Below, one piece after another: positions 9,775 through 18,750 of a stretch of 64,000 bases of DNA. The notes beneath the pieces were generated by a model, which searched no databases, was not told where the DNA came from, and was given only the letters and a program-made list of their open reading frames with translations. Positions within the stretch are counted from its first letter, which is position 1; each line of letters opens with the position of its first letter. The translations under genes were made by a program, and so were the position numbers. This stretch comes from Longimicrobiales bacterium (GTDB taxonomy: Bacteria > Gemmatimonadota > Gemmatimonadetes > Longimicrobiales > Gaopeijiaceae): assembly GCA_965238005.1 (NCBI GenBank), contig OZ250165.1:1120001-1184000 (forward strand). The letters run 5' to 3'.

Positions 9775-10786
9775 GGCGCAGGCCTCCGAGGGGCACCGAC
9801 ACCCCGACCCCCTCGGCCCGGGCACGCTCCAAGACGTAGTGGGCCGACACCAGATCCTCCACGGCGAGGCCCAGCGACTTGAACAGCGTGATCTCTTCGG
9901 CACTCTCGCGGCCGGCCACCTCAGCCAGCAGAATCTCTCCGATCTCTCCTACGATATGCGCGTCGTCGATGGCGCCCTCATCCTTGGGGAGGAGGAAGTC
10001 ACCTGCCTCGTTCTCGGTGGACTCCCGCCGGTCCACGAAGAGCCGGGAGCGAACGACGGCCTCGGTGTCGAGCTCTCGGGTGAACTTCACGCTGGAGCCG
10101 ACCGCGTTCACGTGGGTGCCCGGAGCGATCCACGCACCCTTCAGCACCGGCTTCCGGGCGGTGGTCACCGTGCAGATCACATCGGCGTCGCGAGCGGCAT
10201 CCTCGGCCGACGCCACCGCCTCCACGACGATGCCGTGACGCTCGCTCTCTCGCTCCGCGAAGGCTCGGCGGTTGGCCTCGGTGGGGCTGTACACCCGGGC
10301 CCGGTGGAACGGCCGAGCCTCCAGCATGGCCTCCAGGTGTGTCCGGGCCTGGACGCCCGAGCCCAGGATGGCCAGCTCGGTGGCATCCTCTCTAGCAAGG
10401 AGCTCCGTGGCCACGCCGCTCACAGCGGCGGTGCGGATGGCGGTCACCTCGCTGGCGTCCAGGATCGCGGTGGGGAGCCCGTACTGCGTGTCGAAGAGCA
10501 CGACCAGGCCCTGATGGGCGTCGTACGGTGTGCCGTGATTCCCGGGAGACACCATCACCACCTTGAGGCCCAGCGCAGAGGGAGAGCCGGACACGCCGGG
10601 CATCAACCCCAGGATTCCACGGTCCTCGGGCAGTCTCATGACCGAGCGTACCGGGTTGATCCCTTCGCCCCGCCCCAGGGAGCGGAGAGCGTCGGCCATC
10701 AGGTCCATGCACGCTCGCATGGGCAGGAGGCGACGCACCTCGGGTTGGGTGAGGATCAGGGTGTCTTGGTCGACCTGCGCGCTCAC
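9770..10786 (-). CDS. Ornithine cyclodeaminase / mu-crystallin family protein
   Basis: TAIRTAAVSGVAT, GSGVQA, GTHVNAVG, ITLFKSLGLAVED motifs. Confidence 0.92.
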   Translation of the reverse strand: MSAQVDQDTLILTQPEVRRLLPMRACMDLMADALRSLGRGEGINPVRSVMRLPEDRGILGLMPGVSGSPSALGLKVVMVSPGNHGTPYDAHQGLVVLFDTQYGLPTAILDASEVTAIRTAAVSGVATELLAREDATELAILGSGVQARTHLEAMLEARPFHRARVYSPTEANRRAFAERESERHGIVVEAVASAEDAARDADVICTVTTARKPVLKGAWIAPGTHVNAVGSSVKFTRELDTEAVVRSRLFVDRRESTENEAGDFLLPKDEGAIDDAHIVGEIGEILLAEVAGRESAEEITLFKSLGLAVEDLVSAHYVLERARAEGVGVSVPLGGLRH

Positions 10787-11445
10787 CCTCGCACCGCTTC
10801 CACGATCCGCACCGGCTGCTCCAGGATCTCGCCTCTCGTGTACTCGCTGTCCGAGGGGGCGGTGGCCTCGATGCGGTCGACGGCACGCACCACGTCCATG
10901 CCCCCTACCACCTGCCCGAAGACCGCGAATCGCTGCGTGTCGGCGTTGCGGGACTCACCGTGGTCGAGTCCCGGCTGGTCGCCGATGCAGATGAAGAACT
11001 CGGAGGTTGCCGTTCCCACGCCTCCCCGGCCCATGGAGATCGCGCCGTCGACGTGCAGCAGTCCGGTGTCTTCGGTGCTCTCGTGGGCGATGGGCGAAAA
11101 CGCCCCCCGGCAATGGTCGTTCACGCCGCCCTGGATGATCTCGATCTTCGGGTTGCCGTCGTCGTTGTCGTAGCGCACCACCCGGTAAAAGCTGCCCCCG
11201 TTGCTGCCCCCGTTGTAGTGACCGGCGTCGAGGTAGGCGAGGAAGTTGGCCACGGTGACGGGCGCCCGATCGGCGTAGAGCTCGAGGTCGATGTCGCCCA
11301 TGGCCGTGCGGAGTGTAATGGCCACCGAGCCTTCGAAGTCCTGGGCGGCAGAACGCGCGAACGGCATGGCCGACGCCAGGGTCAGCACGAGAAGCGCGGC
11401 CCGCCCGAACCTCCACGCCTTCAATCCTGTCCCCCGCTTCATCAT
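10783..11445 (-). CDS. Cyclophilin-type peptidylprolyl isomerase, secreted
   Basis: APVTVANFLAY, FYRVV, IIQGG, GAISMGR, SEFFI, FAVFGQVVGGMDVV; signal-peptide-like N-terminus. Confidence 0.88.
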   Translation of the reverse strand: MMKRGTGLKAWRFGRAALLVLTLASAMPFARSAAQDFEGSVAITLRTAMGDIDLELYADRAPVTVANFLAYLDAGHYNGGSNGGSFYRVVRYDNDDGNPKIEIIQGGVNDHCRGAFSPIAHESTEDTGLLHVDGAISMGRGGVGTATSEFFICIGDQPGLDHGESRNADTQRFAVFGQVVGGMDVVRAVDRIEATAPSDSEYTRGEILEQPVRIVEAVRG

Positions 11446-11542
11446 GCCTCTGCCCTCCGTCGCTCTGGTCAAGATCACCCTCCTGTGATATCTCGGCTGT
11501 CTTCCCCTCGGTCTCCGGCCGCCGGCGAGGCCAGCGCGGGCA

Positions 11543-12769
11543 TCATCCATCGTACGCTTCCAGCAGTCCGAGAACGTGGTCGATGTCGGCTTCCGTATGA
11601 TCCGCGTTGATCTGGGTACGGATCTCCTCGTCACCCTGGGGCACCACCGGGTAGGCCAGCCCCGTGACGAGTACGCCGTTCTCGTACAGGTAGTCCACGA
11701 GGGCCCGCGTCCTCTGAGTATCGCGGATCATGAGCGGGACGACCGGATGCTCCCCGGGGATGGTTTCCACACCGATGCGGGCCAACCCCTCCTCGAAGCG
11801 CCTGGTCAGGGCCCGGAGCCTCTCCAGCAGGGCCAGGCCCTCGGGGCTGTCCACGATCTCCAGGGACTTGAGTGCCGCCCGAGCCTCTCCGACGGTGATC
11901 GGGTTGGAGTAGATGTACATCTGTGAGCTCTCGCGGAGGAAGCCGATGACCGACTCGGGAGCCGTGACGTATCCGCCGTTCACACCGAAGGCCTTCCCCA
12001 GGGTGCCCACCAGGATGTCCGCCGACGGGGAGCCGGTGTACTCCTCGACTCCACGCCCGGTTCTTCCGAACGAACCCACTCCGTGGGAGTCGTCCACCAG
12101 CACGATCGAGTTTTCCTCGTAGGCGTGATCGTGACGGGCGGCGACCTCCATGATCTCGTCCAGGGGAGCGTGATCTCCCCTCATGCTGAAGATGCCGTCC
12201 GTGACGATGAGGGCCCGCTTGGCCTTGCCCGCCCACTCCTCCAACGCCTTCTCCAGGCCCGCGACGTCATTGTGGCCGTAGACGACCTTCCCGGCGGGCC
12301 GGGTCAGCCGCATGGCAATGATGATGCAGTTGTGATTGAGGGCGTCGCTGATGAGGACCGTCTCGGAGGTGACCAGTGGCGAGATCGTCGAGACGATGCT
12401 CGCGTAGGCCGACGAGAAGATCATGGCCGACTCCCGGGCGTGGAACTCGGCCAGCTTCCGCTCGAGATCGACGTGCGCCGAGTAGGATCCGCTTATGAAG
12501 CGAACCGCTCCCGGGCCAGCCCCGAACTCGGCGGATCCGGCCTCCTCGGCCCGGATGACTTCGGGGTGGAGGCCCAGACCCAGGTAGGAGTTGGAGTTCA
12601 TGCGCATGAACTCCTTGTCCCCTTCGCCTTCCAGCAGGAATCGGGGGCCCCGGTCTCCCTCGGCCCTTCGTACTCCCGTGACCACGGTCTCTGCCCCCTT
12701 CGTGGTTCCGGCCTCCTCGAGGCCCGCCACGTGGGCATCCAGCACACCGGCTATACGATCGAGCGGCAT
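11543..12769 (-). CDS. kbl: 2-amino-3-ketobutyrate CoA ligase (alpha-oxoamine synthase family)
   Basis: SNSYLGL, AVRFISG, TDGIFSMRGD, VDDSHGVG, GTLGKAFG; immediately downstream of the threonine dehydrogenase. Confidence 0.8.
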   Translation of the reverse strand: MPLDRIAGVLDAHVAGLEEAGTTKGAETVVTGVRRAEGDRGPRFLLEGEGDKEFMRMNSNSYLGLGLHPEVIRAEEAGSAEFGAGPGAVRFISGSYSAHVDLERKLAEFHARESAMIFSSAYASIVSTISPLVTSETVLISDALNHNCIIIAMRLTRPAGKVVYGHNDVAGLEKALEEWAGKAKRALIVTDGIFSMRGDHAPLDEIMEVAARHDHAYEENSIVLVDDSHGVGSFGRTGRGVEEYTGSPSADILVGTLGKAFGVNGGYVTAPESVIGFLRESSQMYIYSNPITVGEARAALKSLEIVDSPEGLALLERLRALTRRFEEGLARIGVETIPGEHPVVPLMIRDTQRTRALVDYLYENGVLVTGLAYPVVPQGDEEIRTQINADHTEADIDHVLGLLEAYDG

Positions 12770-12788
12770 CTTCGCTTATCTCCTCGGT

Positions 12789-13736
12789 TCACGGCCGCCG
12801 GCTCGAGAGCTCCTTGATCATGTCGGCCGTCGTGCTCGCCATGTCGTGTTTCGGTGTCCAGTCCCACTCCTCCCGGGCGGCGCTGTCGTCGATCCGGCGG
12901 GGCCAGGAGCGGGCGATGGTCTCCCGGACCGGATCGATATCGTAGTCGATCTCGAAGTCGGGAATGTGCTTTGTGATCTCCGCCGCCAGCGTCTTGGGGG
13001 CCAGCTGCATGGCCGTGACGTTGAAGGCGTTCCTGTGGACCAGACGACTCGGGTCGGCCTCCATGATGTGGATGGCCGCGCGGATGGCGTCGGGCATGTA
13101 CATCATGTCGAGCTGCGTGTTCGGTCCCAGGAAGCACGTGTACCGGCCTTCCTCCATGGCGTGAAAGAAGATGTCCACCGCCCAGTCCGTGGTTCCTCCC
13201 CCCGGGGGCGCCCCGTGGGAGATGAGGCCCGGATAGCGCACCCCGCGCGTGTCCACCCCGTACTTGAGGTGGTAGTAGTCGCACAGGAGCTCGGAGGCCA
13301 CCTTGGTCACCCCGTACATGGTGGTGGGCCTCATGATGGTGTCCTGAGGCGCCGGGTCGGTGGGGGTCGTGGGTCCGAAGACGCCGATGGAGCTGGGCGT
13401 AAAGACGGCGCAGCCCTGGTCCCGAGCCACCTCTAGGACCGAGTGCAGGGTGCCCATGTTGACCCGGTAGGCCAGCCGCGGATCCTTCTCGCCCATCGCC
13501 GACAGGATCGCCGCCAGATGATAGACCGTATCGGCGTGGTGGCGGATGGCCGCGTGGCCGACGGCGTGTTGATCCGTGGCGTCTAGGATCTCGAAGGGTG
13601 CGCCCTGGGCCAGGCCACCCTTGGGCATCCGGATGTCGGTGGCCAGTACCGCGTCCTCGCCGTAGCGCTCGCGGAGGGCGGGGACGAGCTCGGAGCCGAT
13701 CTGCCCACCGGCTCCTGTCACCAGGATTCTCTTCAA
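12789..13736 (-). CDS. tdh: L-threonine 3-dehydrogenase (SDR type)
   Basis: GAGGQIGSEL, PSSIGVFG, YGVTK, PGGGTTD, MMYMPD motifs typical of SDR-type TDH; linked to kbl. Confidence 0.85.
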   Translation of the reverse strand: MKRILVTGAGGQIGSELVPALRERYGEDAVLATDIRMPKGGLAQGAPFEILDATDQHAVGHAAIRHHADTVYHLAAILSAMGEKDPRLAYRVNMGTLHSVLEVARDQGCAVFTPSSIGVFGPTTPTDPAPQDTIMRPTTMYGVTKVASELLCDYYHLKYGVDTRGVRYPGLISHGAPPGGGTTDWAVDIFFHAMEEGRYTCFLGPNTQLDMMYMPDAIRAAIHIMEADPSRLVHRNAFNVTAMQLAPKTLAAEITKHIPDFEIDYDIDPVRETIARSWPRRIDDSAAREEWDWTPKHDMASTTADMIKELSSRRP

Positions 13737-13951
13737 GTGTGTGCTGTACCTCGAAATGCGTGGGCGTGGATGGTCACCGGGACCCTCGTGGCGGGAGCGC
13801 TGGCAATCGGGAGCGCTGGCAATATAGACGTGCAGGATCGGAGCGTCGACCGAGGACTCCGAAAGGCGTTGTTCTGATCGCCGCGAACACTAGATTGGAG
13901 AGAGCGGTCGTCGTGCGAAACGGGGAAGAGTACCAAACCGGGATTCCATCT

Positions 13952-14638
13952 ATGAGAACCGACATATTTCACTGTGCAGGAACACTCGTGACGGCTGGGG
14001 TGATCTCCCTCGCGAGCGTCGGGTGCTCGGGCATGAGCACTACCCAGAGGGGAGCCGTGATCGGTGCGGGGGCGGGAGGCGTCGTCGGCGCCGTGATTGG
14101 AGATGCCGCGGGCTCCACCGCGAAGGGGGCCATCATCGGAGCGGTTGTGGGAGGTGCGGCAGGAGCCCTGATCGGAAGTCGGATGGACGACAGGGCCGAG
14201 ACCTTGGCCCGAGAGCTCGACAACGCCACGGTCGAGCGGGTCGGAGAAGGAATCCTGGTGACGTTCGGCTCCGGCATCCTCTTCGACTTCGACTCGTCAC
14301 AGCTTCAACCCGAAGCCCGCGAGAACCTCAGTGACCTCGCTCGTGTTCTCTCGGACGACCTGGACGACTACGAGCTGCTGGTCGCGGGACATACGGACTC
14401 GGTGGGCGCCGAGGCGTACAACCAGGCCTTGTCCGAGCGTCGTGCTCAAGCGGCTGCCGACTTCCTGACGACTCGGGGCATCCCGGCCGAGCTCACTCAC
14501 GTCCAGGGTCTGGGAGAGATGGAGCCGGTGACATCCAACGAGACCGAGGCGGGTCAACAGGAGAATCGCCGGGTCGAAGTCGCCATCTTCGCCAGCCAGG
14601 AGTACCAGGAGGAAGCCAGGCGCGTGACCGGGGACTGA
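13952..14638 (+). CDS. OmpA-family lipoprotein with glycine zipper
   Basis: Lipobox-like LASVGC, GAVIGAGAGG zipper, GHTDSVG..YNQALSERRA, NRRVEV. Confidence 0.92.
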   Translation: MRTDIFHCAGTLVTAGVISLASVGCSGMSTTQRGAVIGAGAGGVVGAVIGDAAGSTAKGAIIGAVVGGAAGALIGSRMDDRAETLARELDNATVERVGEGILVTFGSGILFDFDSSQLQPEARENLSDLARVLSDDLDDYELLVAGHTDSVGAEAYNQALSERRAQAAADFLTTRGIPAELTHVQGLGEMEPVTSNETEAGQQENRRVEVAIFASQEYQEEARRVTGD

Positions 14639-15023
14639 GCGGAGGCAGTCCGCTGCGAGGCCTCGGGTCGGCGCCTCGCGGCCGACGGAAGGTCCCGTCG
14701 AAGTCGCCGCACGTGCCATTGCTGTCCACATCAGCACGAGGCCGTCCGTTGGATGCCATCGGTGCCCCCGACTCCGGGCGACCGTCCACGGCGACGCTCA
14801 AGGTAACGAATACGGTCAAGATTCCGAGGAGGAGCAGAGCGCCCCGGAGCCCGGACGCCCCGTGAGCAGATGGCCGATCCCGACGAGCGAAGCGTACAGA
14901 AACACGATCCCGGCTGCCAAGCCCAGCCAGCGACGTCCGGCCGAGGGGCCCTCCGCGTAGATCCCCCGCTGCCGGACGAGGGACGCCGTCGCCAGGGGCG
15001 CGTCGGTGGCCCCCGTGGGGCCG

Positions 15024-15779
15024 TCATACCATGAGGTCTCCGCCGGTGATGTCGTAGGCGGATCCGGTGATGTAGCCCGCCGCCTCGGAGGCTAGGAAGC
15101 AGACCAGGTCGCCTACTTCCTCGGGCCGACCCAGGCGCCCGAGGGGGAAGCTGGTGCGGTAGGCTTCCAACCGCTCGGGCATCGTGTTCTCGTGGGCCAT
15201 CTCGGTGTCGATGAGACCCGGGCAGACGGCGTTCACGGTGATGCCGTGGGGCGCTAGCTCCAGGGCCGAGGCTCGGGTGAGGCCGAGGACGCCGTGCTTG
15301 GACGCGGTGTAGTGGGCCCCACCCAGAGTGCTCACCGTTTTGCCGGCCGTAGAAGAGAGGTTCACGATGCGGCCGTACCCCTCCCTTTTCATCGGATCGA
15401 TCACGGCCTGGGTGCAAAAGAACACGCCTGTGAGGTTCACATCGAGGGTCCGCCGCCACTCCTCCTCGGAGATCTCCTCCAGCGGCGTCGGGAAGAGGAT
15501 CCCCGCGTTGTTCACTAGGATGTCGAGGCGCCCGAAGCGGTCCAGAGTGGTGGCCACCATCTCCCGGACGGCGTCCGACGAGGTCACGTCTGCCGGGGTG
15601 GGCAGCACATCTTCCCCCAGCTCCTCGGCCACCCGGCTCGTGGCCTTGGGATCCAGGTCGTTCAGCGCCACGGACGCGCCCAGCTCGTGGAGGCGCCGGG
15701 CGATGGCCCTACCCACGCCCCTGGCAGCCCCGGTTACCAGCGCGACGCGAGCGTCCATTCGGCTGACGACGCTCTCCAT
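15024..15779 (-). CDS. SDR family oxidoreductase (FabG-like)
   Basis: TGAARGVG, NNAG, YTASK, VNAVCPG motifs; GGAGG RBS. Confidence 0.92.
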   Translation of the reverse strand: MESVVSRMDARVALVTGAARGVGRAIARRLHELGASVALNDLDPKATSRVAEELGEDVLPTPADVTSSDAVREMVATTLDRFGRLDILVNNAGILFPTPLEEISEEEWRRTLDVNLTGVFFCTQAVIDPMKREGYGRIVNLSSTAGKTVSTLGGAHYTASKHGVLGLTRASALELAPHGITVNAVCPGLIDTEMAHENTMPERLEAYRTSFPLGRLGRPEEVGDLVCFLASEAAGYITGSAYDITGGDLMV

Positions 15780-15790
15780 GGATCCTCCGT

Positions 15791-15902
15791 GTTCGAGATC
15801 GACCGGGTGCGAGATCGACGCTGTTCGAGATCAGCCCCATGCGAGACTAGCCCTGTGCGAGGTCAGCCCCGTGCGCGATCGGCCCCGAGCGAGATCGGCC
15901 CG
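15791..15902. repeat. Seven degenerate tandem 16-bp repeats (consensus ~GTGCGAGATCRGCCCC)
   Basis: Units start at 15791, 15807, 15823, 15839, 15855, 15871 and 15887. Confidence 0.85.
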
Positions 15903-16127
15903 CGTCGTCCACTCTGGCGAAGTGGCACTTATGATGCCCGTGGGCCGCCACCGGCGCCACCCCCGCCGCCACGGGGGGGCGAGCGGGGTTCGCTCAGCCG
16001 ACGAGCTCCTGAGGCAAACAGTTTCCGACGCTGGCCACGGGACCCGAACGGGGGCATTATTGACACCCTTTCCGGGTCAGCCCACCTCAGCGTGGCCCGA
16101 CCCTCGGCTCTTATTTCGGATGGAAGG

Positions 16128-16919
16128 ATGGCCATGGCAGAGTCGCCGCATGGACGCTTCGTCTGGTACGAGATGCTCACGGTGGACAAAGGCCCCACGA
16201 TCGACTTCTACAAGGAGGTCGTCGGGTGGGGCACGCAGGGTTGGGAGGCCGGCGAGCAACCCTACACCATGTTCACCATCGGCGAGGCCCCGGTGGGAGG
16301 AATCATGGATCTTCCCGAGGAGGCCAGGGCCGCAGGCGTCCCTCCGCACTGGCTGGCGTACGTCTCCACCTCCGACACGGACGCCACCGTCGAGCAGGCC
16401 AAGGAGCTGGGCGGCCAGGTCCTCATGGAGCCCATGAGCGTCCCCGAGGTGGGACGCATGGCCGTCCTGCGCGATCCCCAGGGAGCGGAATTCGCGGTCT
16501 TCACCGCCGAGGCCGACTCGCCGGGGCGCGATGGGCCGCCCCAGCTCGGCGAGTTCTCGTGGCACGAGCTCGCCACGTCCGACTATGAGGCCGGCTTCGA
16601 CTTCTACTCGGCCCTGTTCGGATGGGAGAAGACCACTGCGATGGATATGGGCGAGATGGGCGTCTACCAGATGTACGGGAGCGGGGAGTACGAGTTGGGG
16701 GGCATGTTCAACCTGCTTCCCGAGATCCCCACGCCCCCCCACTGGCTCCTGTATGCCAAGGTGCCCGACGTCGAGGCTGCCGCCGAGACCGTGAAGTCAC
16801 TGGGCGGCCAGGTGCTCAACGGACCCATCGACGTGCCCGGCGGGGATCGGGTCGTGCAGTGCATGGACCCCCAGGGGGCGGCGTTCGCGCTGCACTCGAG
16901 TGGAGGTGTACAAGCGTAG
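16128..16919 (+). CDS. Two-domain VOC/glyoxalase family protein
   Basis: GRFVWYEM, PPHWLAYV, GRMAVLRDPQGA repeated as WHELAT...DPQGAAFAL. Confidence 0.9.
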   Translation: MAMAESPHGRFVWYEMLTVDKGPTIDFYKEVVGWGTQGWEAGEQPYTMFTIGEAPVGGIMDLPEEARAAGVPPHWLAYVSTSDTDATVEQAKELGGQVLMEPMSVPEVGRMAVLRDPQGAEFAVFTAEADSPGRDGPPQLGEFSWHELATSDYEAGFDFYSALFGWEKTTAMDMGEMGVYQMYGSGEYELGGMFNLLPEIPTPPHWLLYAKVPDVEAAAETVKSLGGQVLNGPIDVPGGDRVVQCMDPQGAAFALHSSGGVQA

Positions 16920-17334
16920 GGGCCACGGTCCCTCTTGCATCGATCGAGGCGGCGCCTGCCGAGGGGGAACTGGTTTGGCCTCCCCAACAGGTGGCGGCAG
17001 TGCGCCTGCCAGCCGAAGCACGGGAGAGCGTCGGCGTAGACCATCTGGGCATCAATGGGAGGTCCACGGGCACCCTCCCGCCTTGTTCTTGACGCCTCAC
17101 TCGGGGCGGTGGTGAGGCTGGTCGACGCGCGCATCGTGGGTGGGAGATAGAGGGGAGTCCGAGCCGAAGGAGCCCGGTTTCCGGTTTACGAGGCGCACTC
17201 CCAACGCCCGACATCGATTACATTAGCGCGGACCTGAGTGATCTGACGGTGACGGACCCTCACTCTGTCCGGCTCGTGGACAGCCTGGTCTCGAAAGGCC
17301 GGTAACCGACGCCTCAACGGAGGTGCTCCCCTAA

Positions 17335-18750
17335 ATGCAGGTGCAGCCTACGCCAGTCGTGCTCCTCTAGGCGGACATCAGCGGGTACACGCGGTTCATG
17401 CTCTCCCACGAGAAGGCCCTGGCCCACAGCCAGATGATCATCGGAGAGCTGATGGAGACTCTGATCCGGGAGATCGAGTTTCCTCTGGAGCTGGTGGAGC
17501 TCGAGGGCGACGCGCTGTTCATGTACTCGCCCAAGACGACCACTGCCGAGGCGTGGGAAGGCCGGAGCCGACGGCTGGTCGAGCGCGTGCTGAGGCTATT
17601 CCAGGTCTTCGGCCGTCGTGTGGCCGAGATCGAGGCCTACAGTGTCTGTCGCTGTCCTGCGTGCTCCAACCTCAAGGAGCTGAAGCTCAAGGTCGTCGCT
17701 CACTCCGGAGAAGGGCTCCTCACGAAGGTGGGGAAGTTTCCGGTGCTCTCGGGCGTGGATACCATCAAGGCGCACCGGCTCCTCAAGAATTCGGTGGAGG
17801 CGGACCAGTATGTGCTGATGACCGAGTCCGCCCATCGTGATCTCCGTTTTCCCGAGGGCGCGGAAATCGAAGAGAGCGTCGAGGACTACGACATCGGGAC
17901 CATGAAGACGTACCTGTACTTCCCGGAGGAGTCCTACCATCTCGATGAGGAGGTGATCCGAGGGTCCTTCTCCGACTCCAACGTGGCCGTGCAGATTCTC
18001 CGTTATGAGGTTCAGCGGGAATACACGGAGGTGGCGAGCGACCCCTCTCGGGGCTTCCACTTCAACACGGGACTGGCAGCCACCGAGATGACGGAGTACG
18101 ACCCGGAACTGGTGGGCCGGATCCCGGAGAGCGTCGTGGCATCGTTCGCCGGGATGGGAAACCCGTTCAGCCTTGGAGAGCTCAGCGCAGGGGAGTACGT
18201 CGTGGACGTCGGTGCGGGAGCGGGGCTGGACACGCTGATCGCCGGGGAGATGGTGGGCCCTGACGGAATGGTGATCGGTGTGGACATGACGGCGGCCATG
18301 ATCGAGAAGGGCAGGGCGGCTGCGACCGACATGGGGATTGACCAGGTGGAGTTCCGAGAGGGTTTCGCCGAGTCGCTACCCGTGCCCGACGAGTGGGCAG
18401 ACGTCATCATCTCCAACGGTGTGGTGAATCTGGCTCCTGACAAGTCACTGGTCCTCAAGGAGATGTTCAGGGTGCTACGGCCAGGAGGCCGACTGCAGAT
18501 CGCGGACATCACGGTCTCCAAGGCCGTTCCGGAAGGAGCGAAACGAGACATCGACCTCTGGACCAACTGAATCGCGGGAGCTCTGCTCGAGACAGAGCTC
18601 CAAGCCACGGTCGTGGCCGCGGGGTTCGAGGACTTCGAGGTGACCTGGAGGAAGAACGTCTTCGAGGGTGCCCTCCGCCCCAGCAAAGAGGCGAAGGCTT
18701 TCGGTATCATGGGAGTGAATTTCCGGGCGTACAAACCGGCGGCATTGTGA
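17335..18750 (+). CDS. DUF2652 (cyclase-like)-SAM methyltransferase fusion; candidate selenoprotein (UGA 18568-18570); also has an in-frame TAG at 17368-17370
   Basis: GGAGG RBS and ATG 17335 give MQVQPTPVVLL*ADISGYTRF; EGDA and CRCPAC; MTase DVGAGAG, ISNGVVNL. DLWTN-UGA-IAGALL continues 59 codons to a TGA at 18748-18750 that overlaps the next start codon. Confidence 0.8.
18577..18601 (+). promoter_or_regulatory. Candidate bacterial SECIS hairpin
   Basis: Perfect 9-bp stem GGAGCTCTG/CAGAGCTCC with loop CTCGAGA, starting 6 nt after the UGA. Confidence 0.65.

Noticed and set aside
14817..15020. Short hydrophobic minus-strand stretch (RWLGLAAGIVFLYASLVGIGHLL), possibly a transporter C-terminal remnant
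   Set aside because: Too short to assign and has no start codon.
15791..15902. CRISPR array
   Set aside because: Units are contiguous, degenerate and 16 bp, with no unique spacers and no cas genes.
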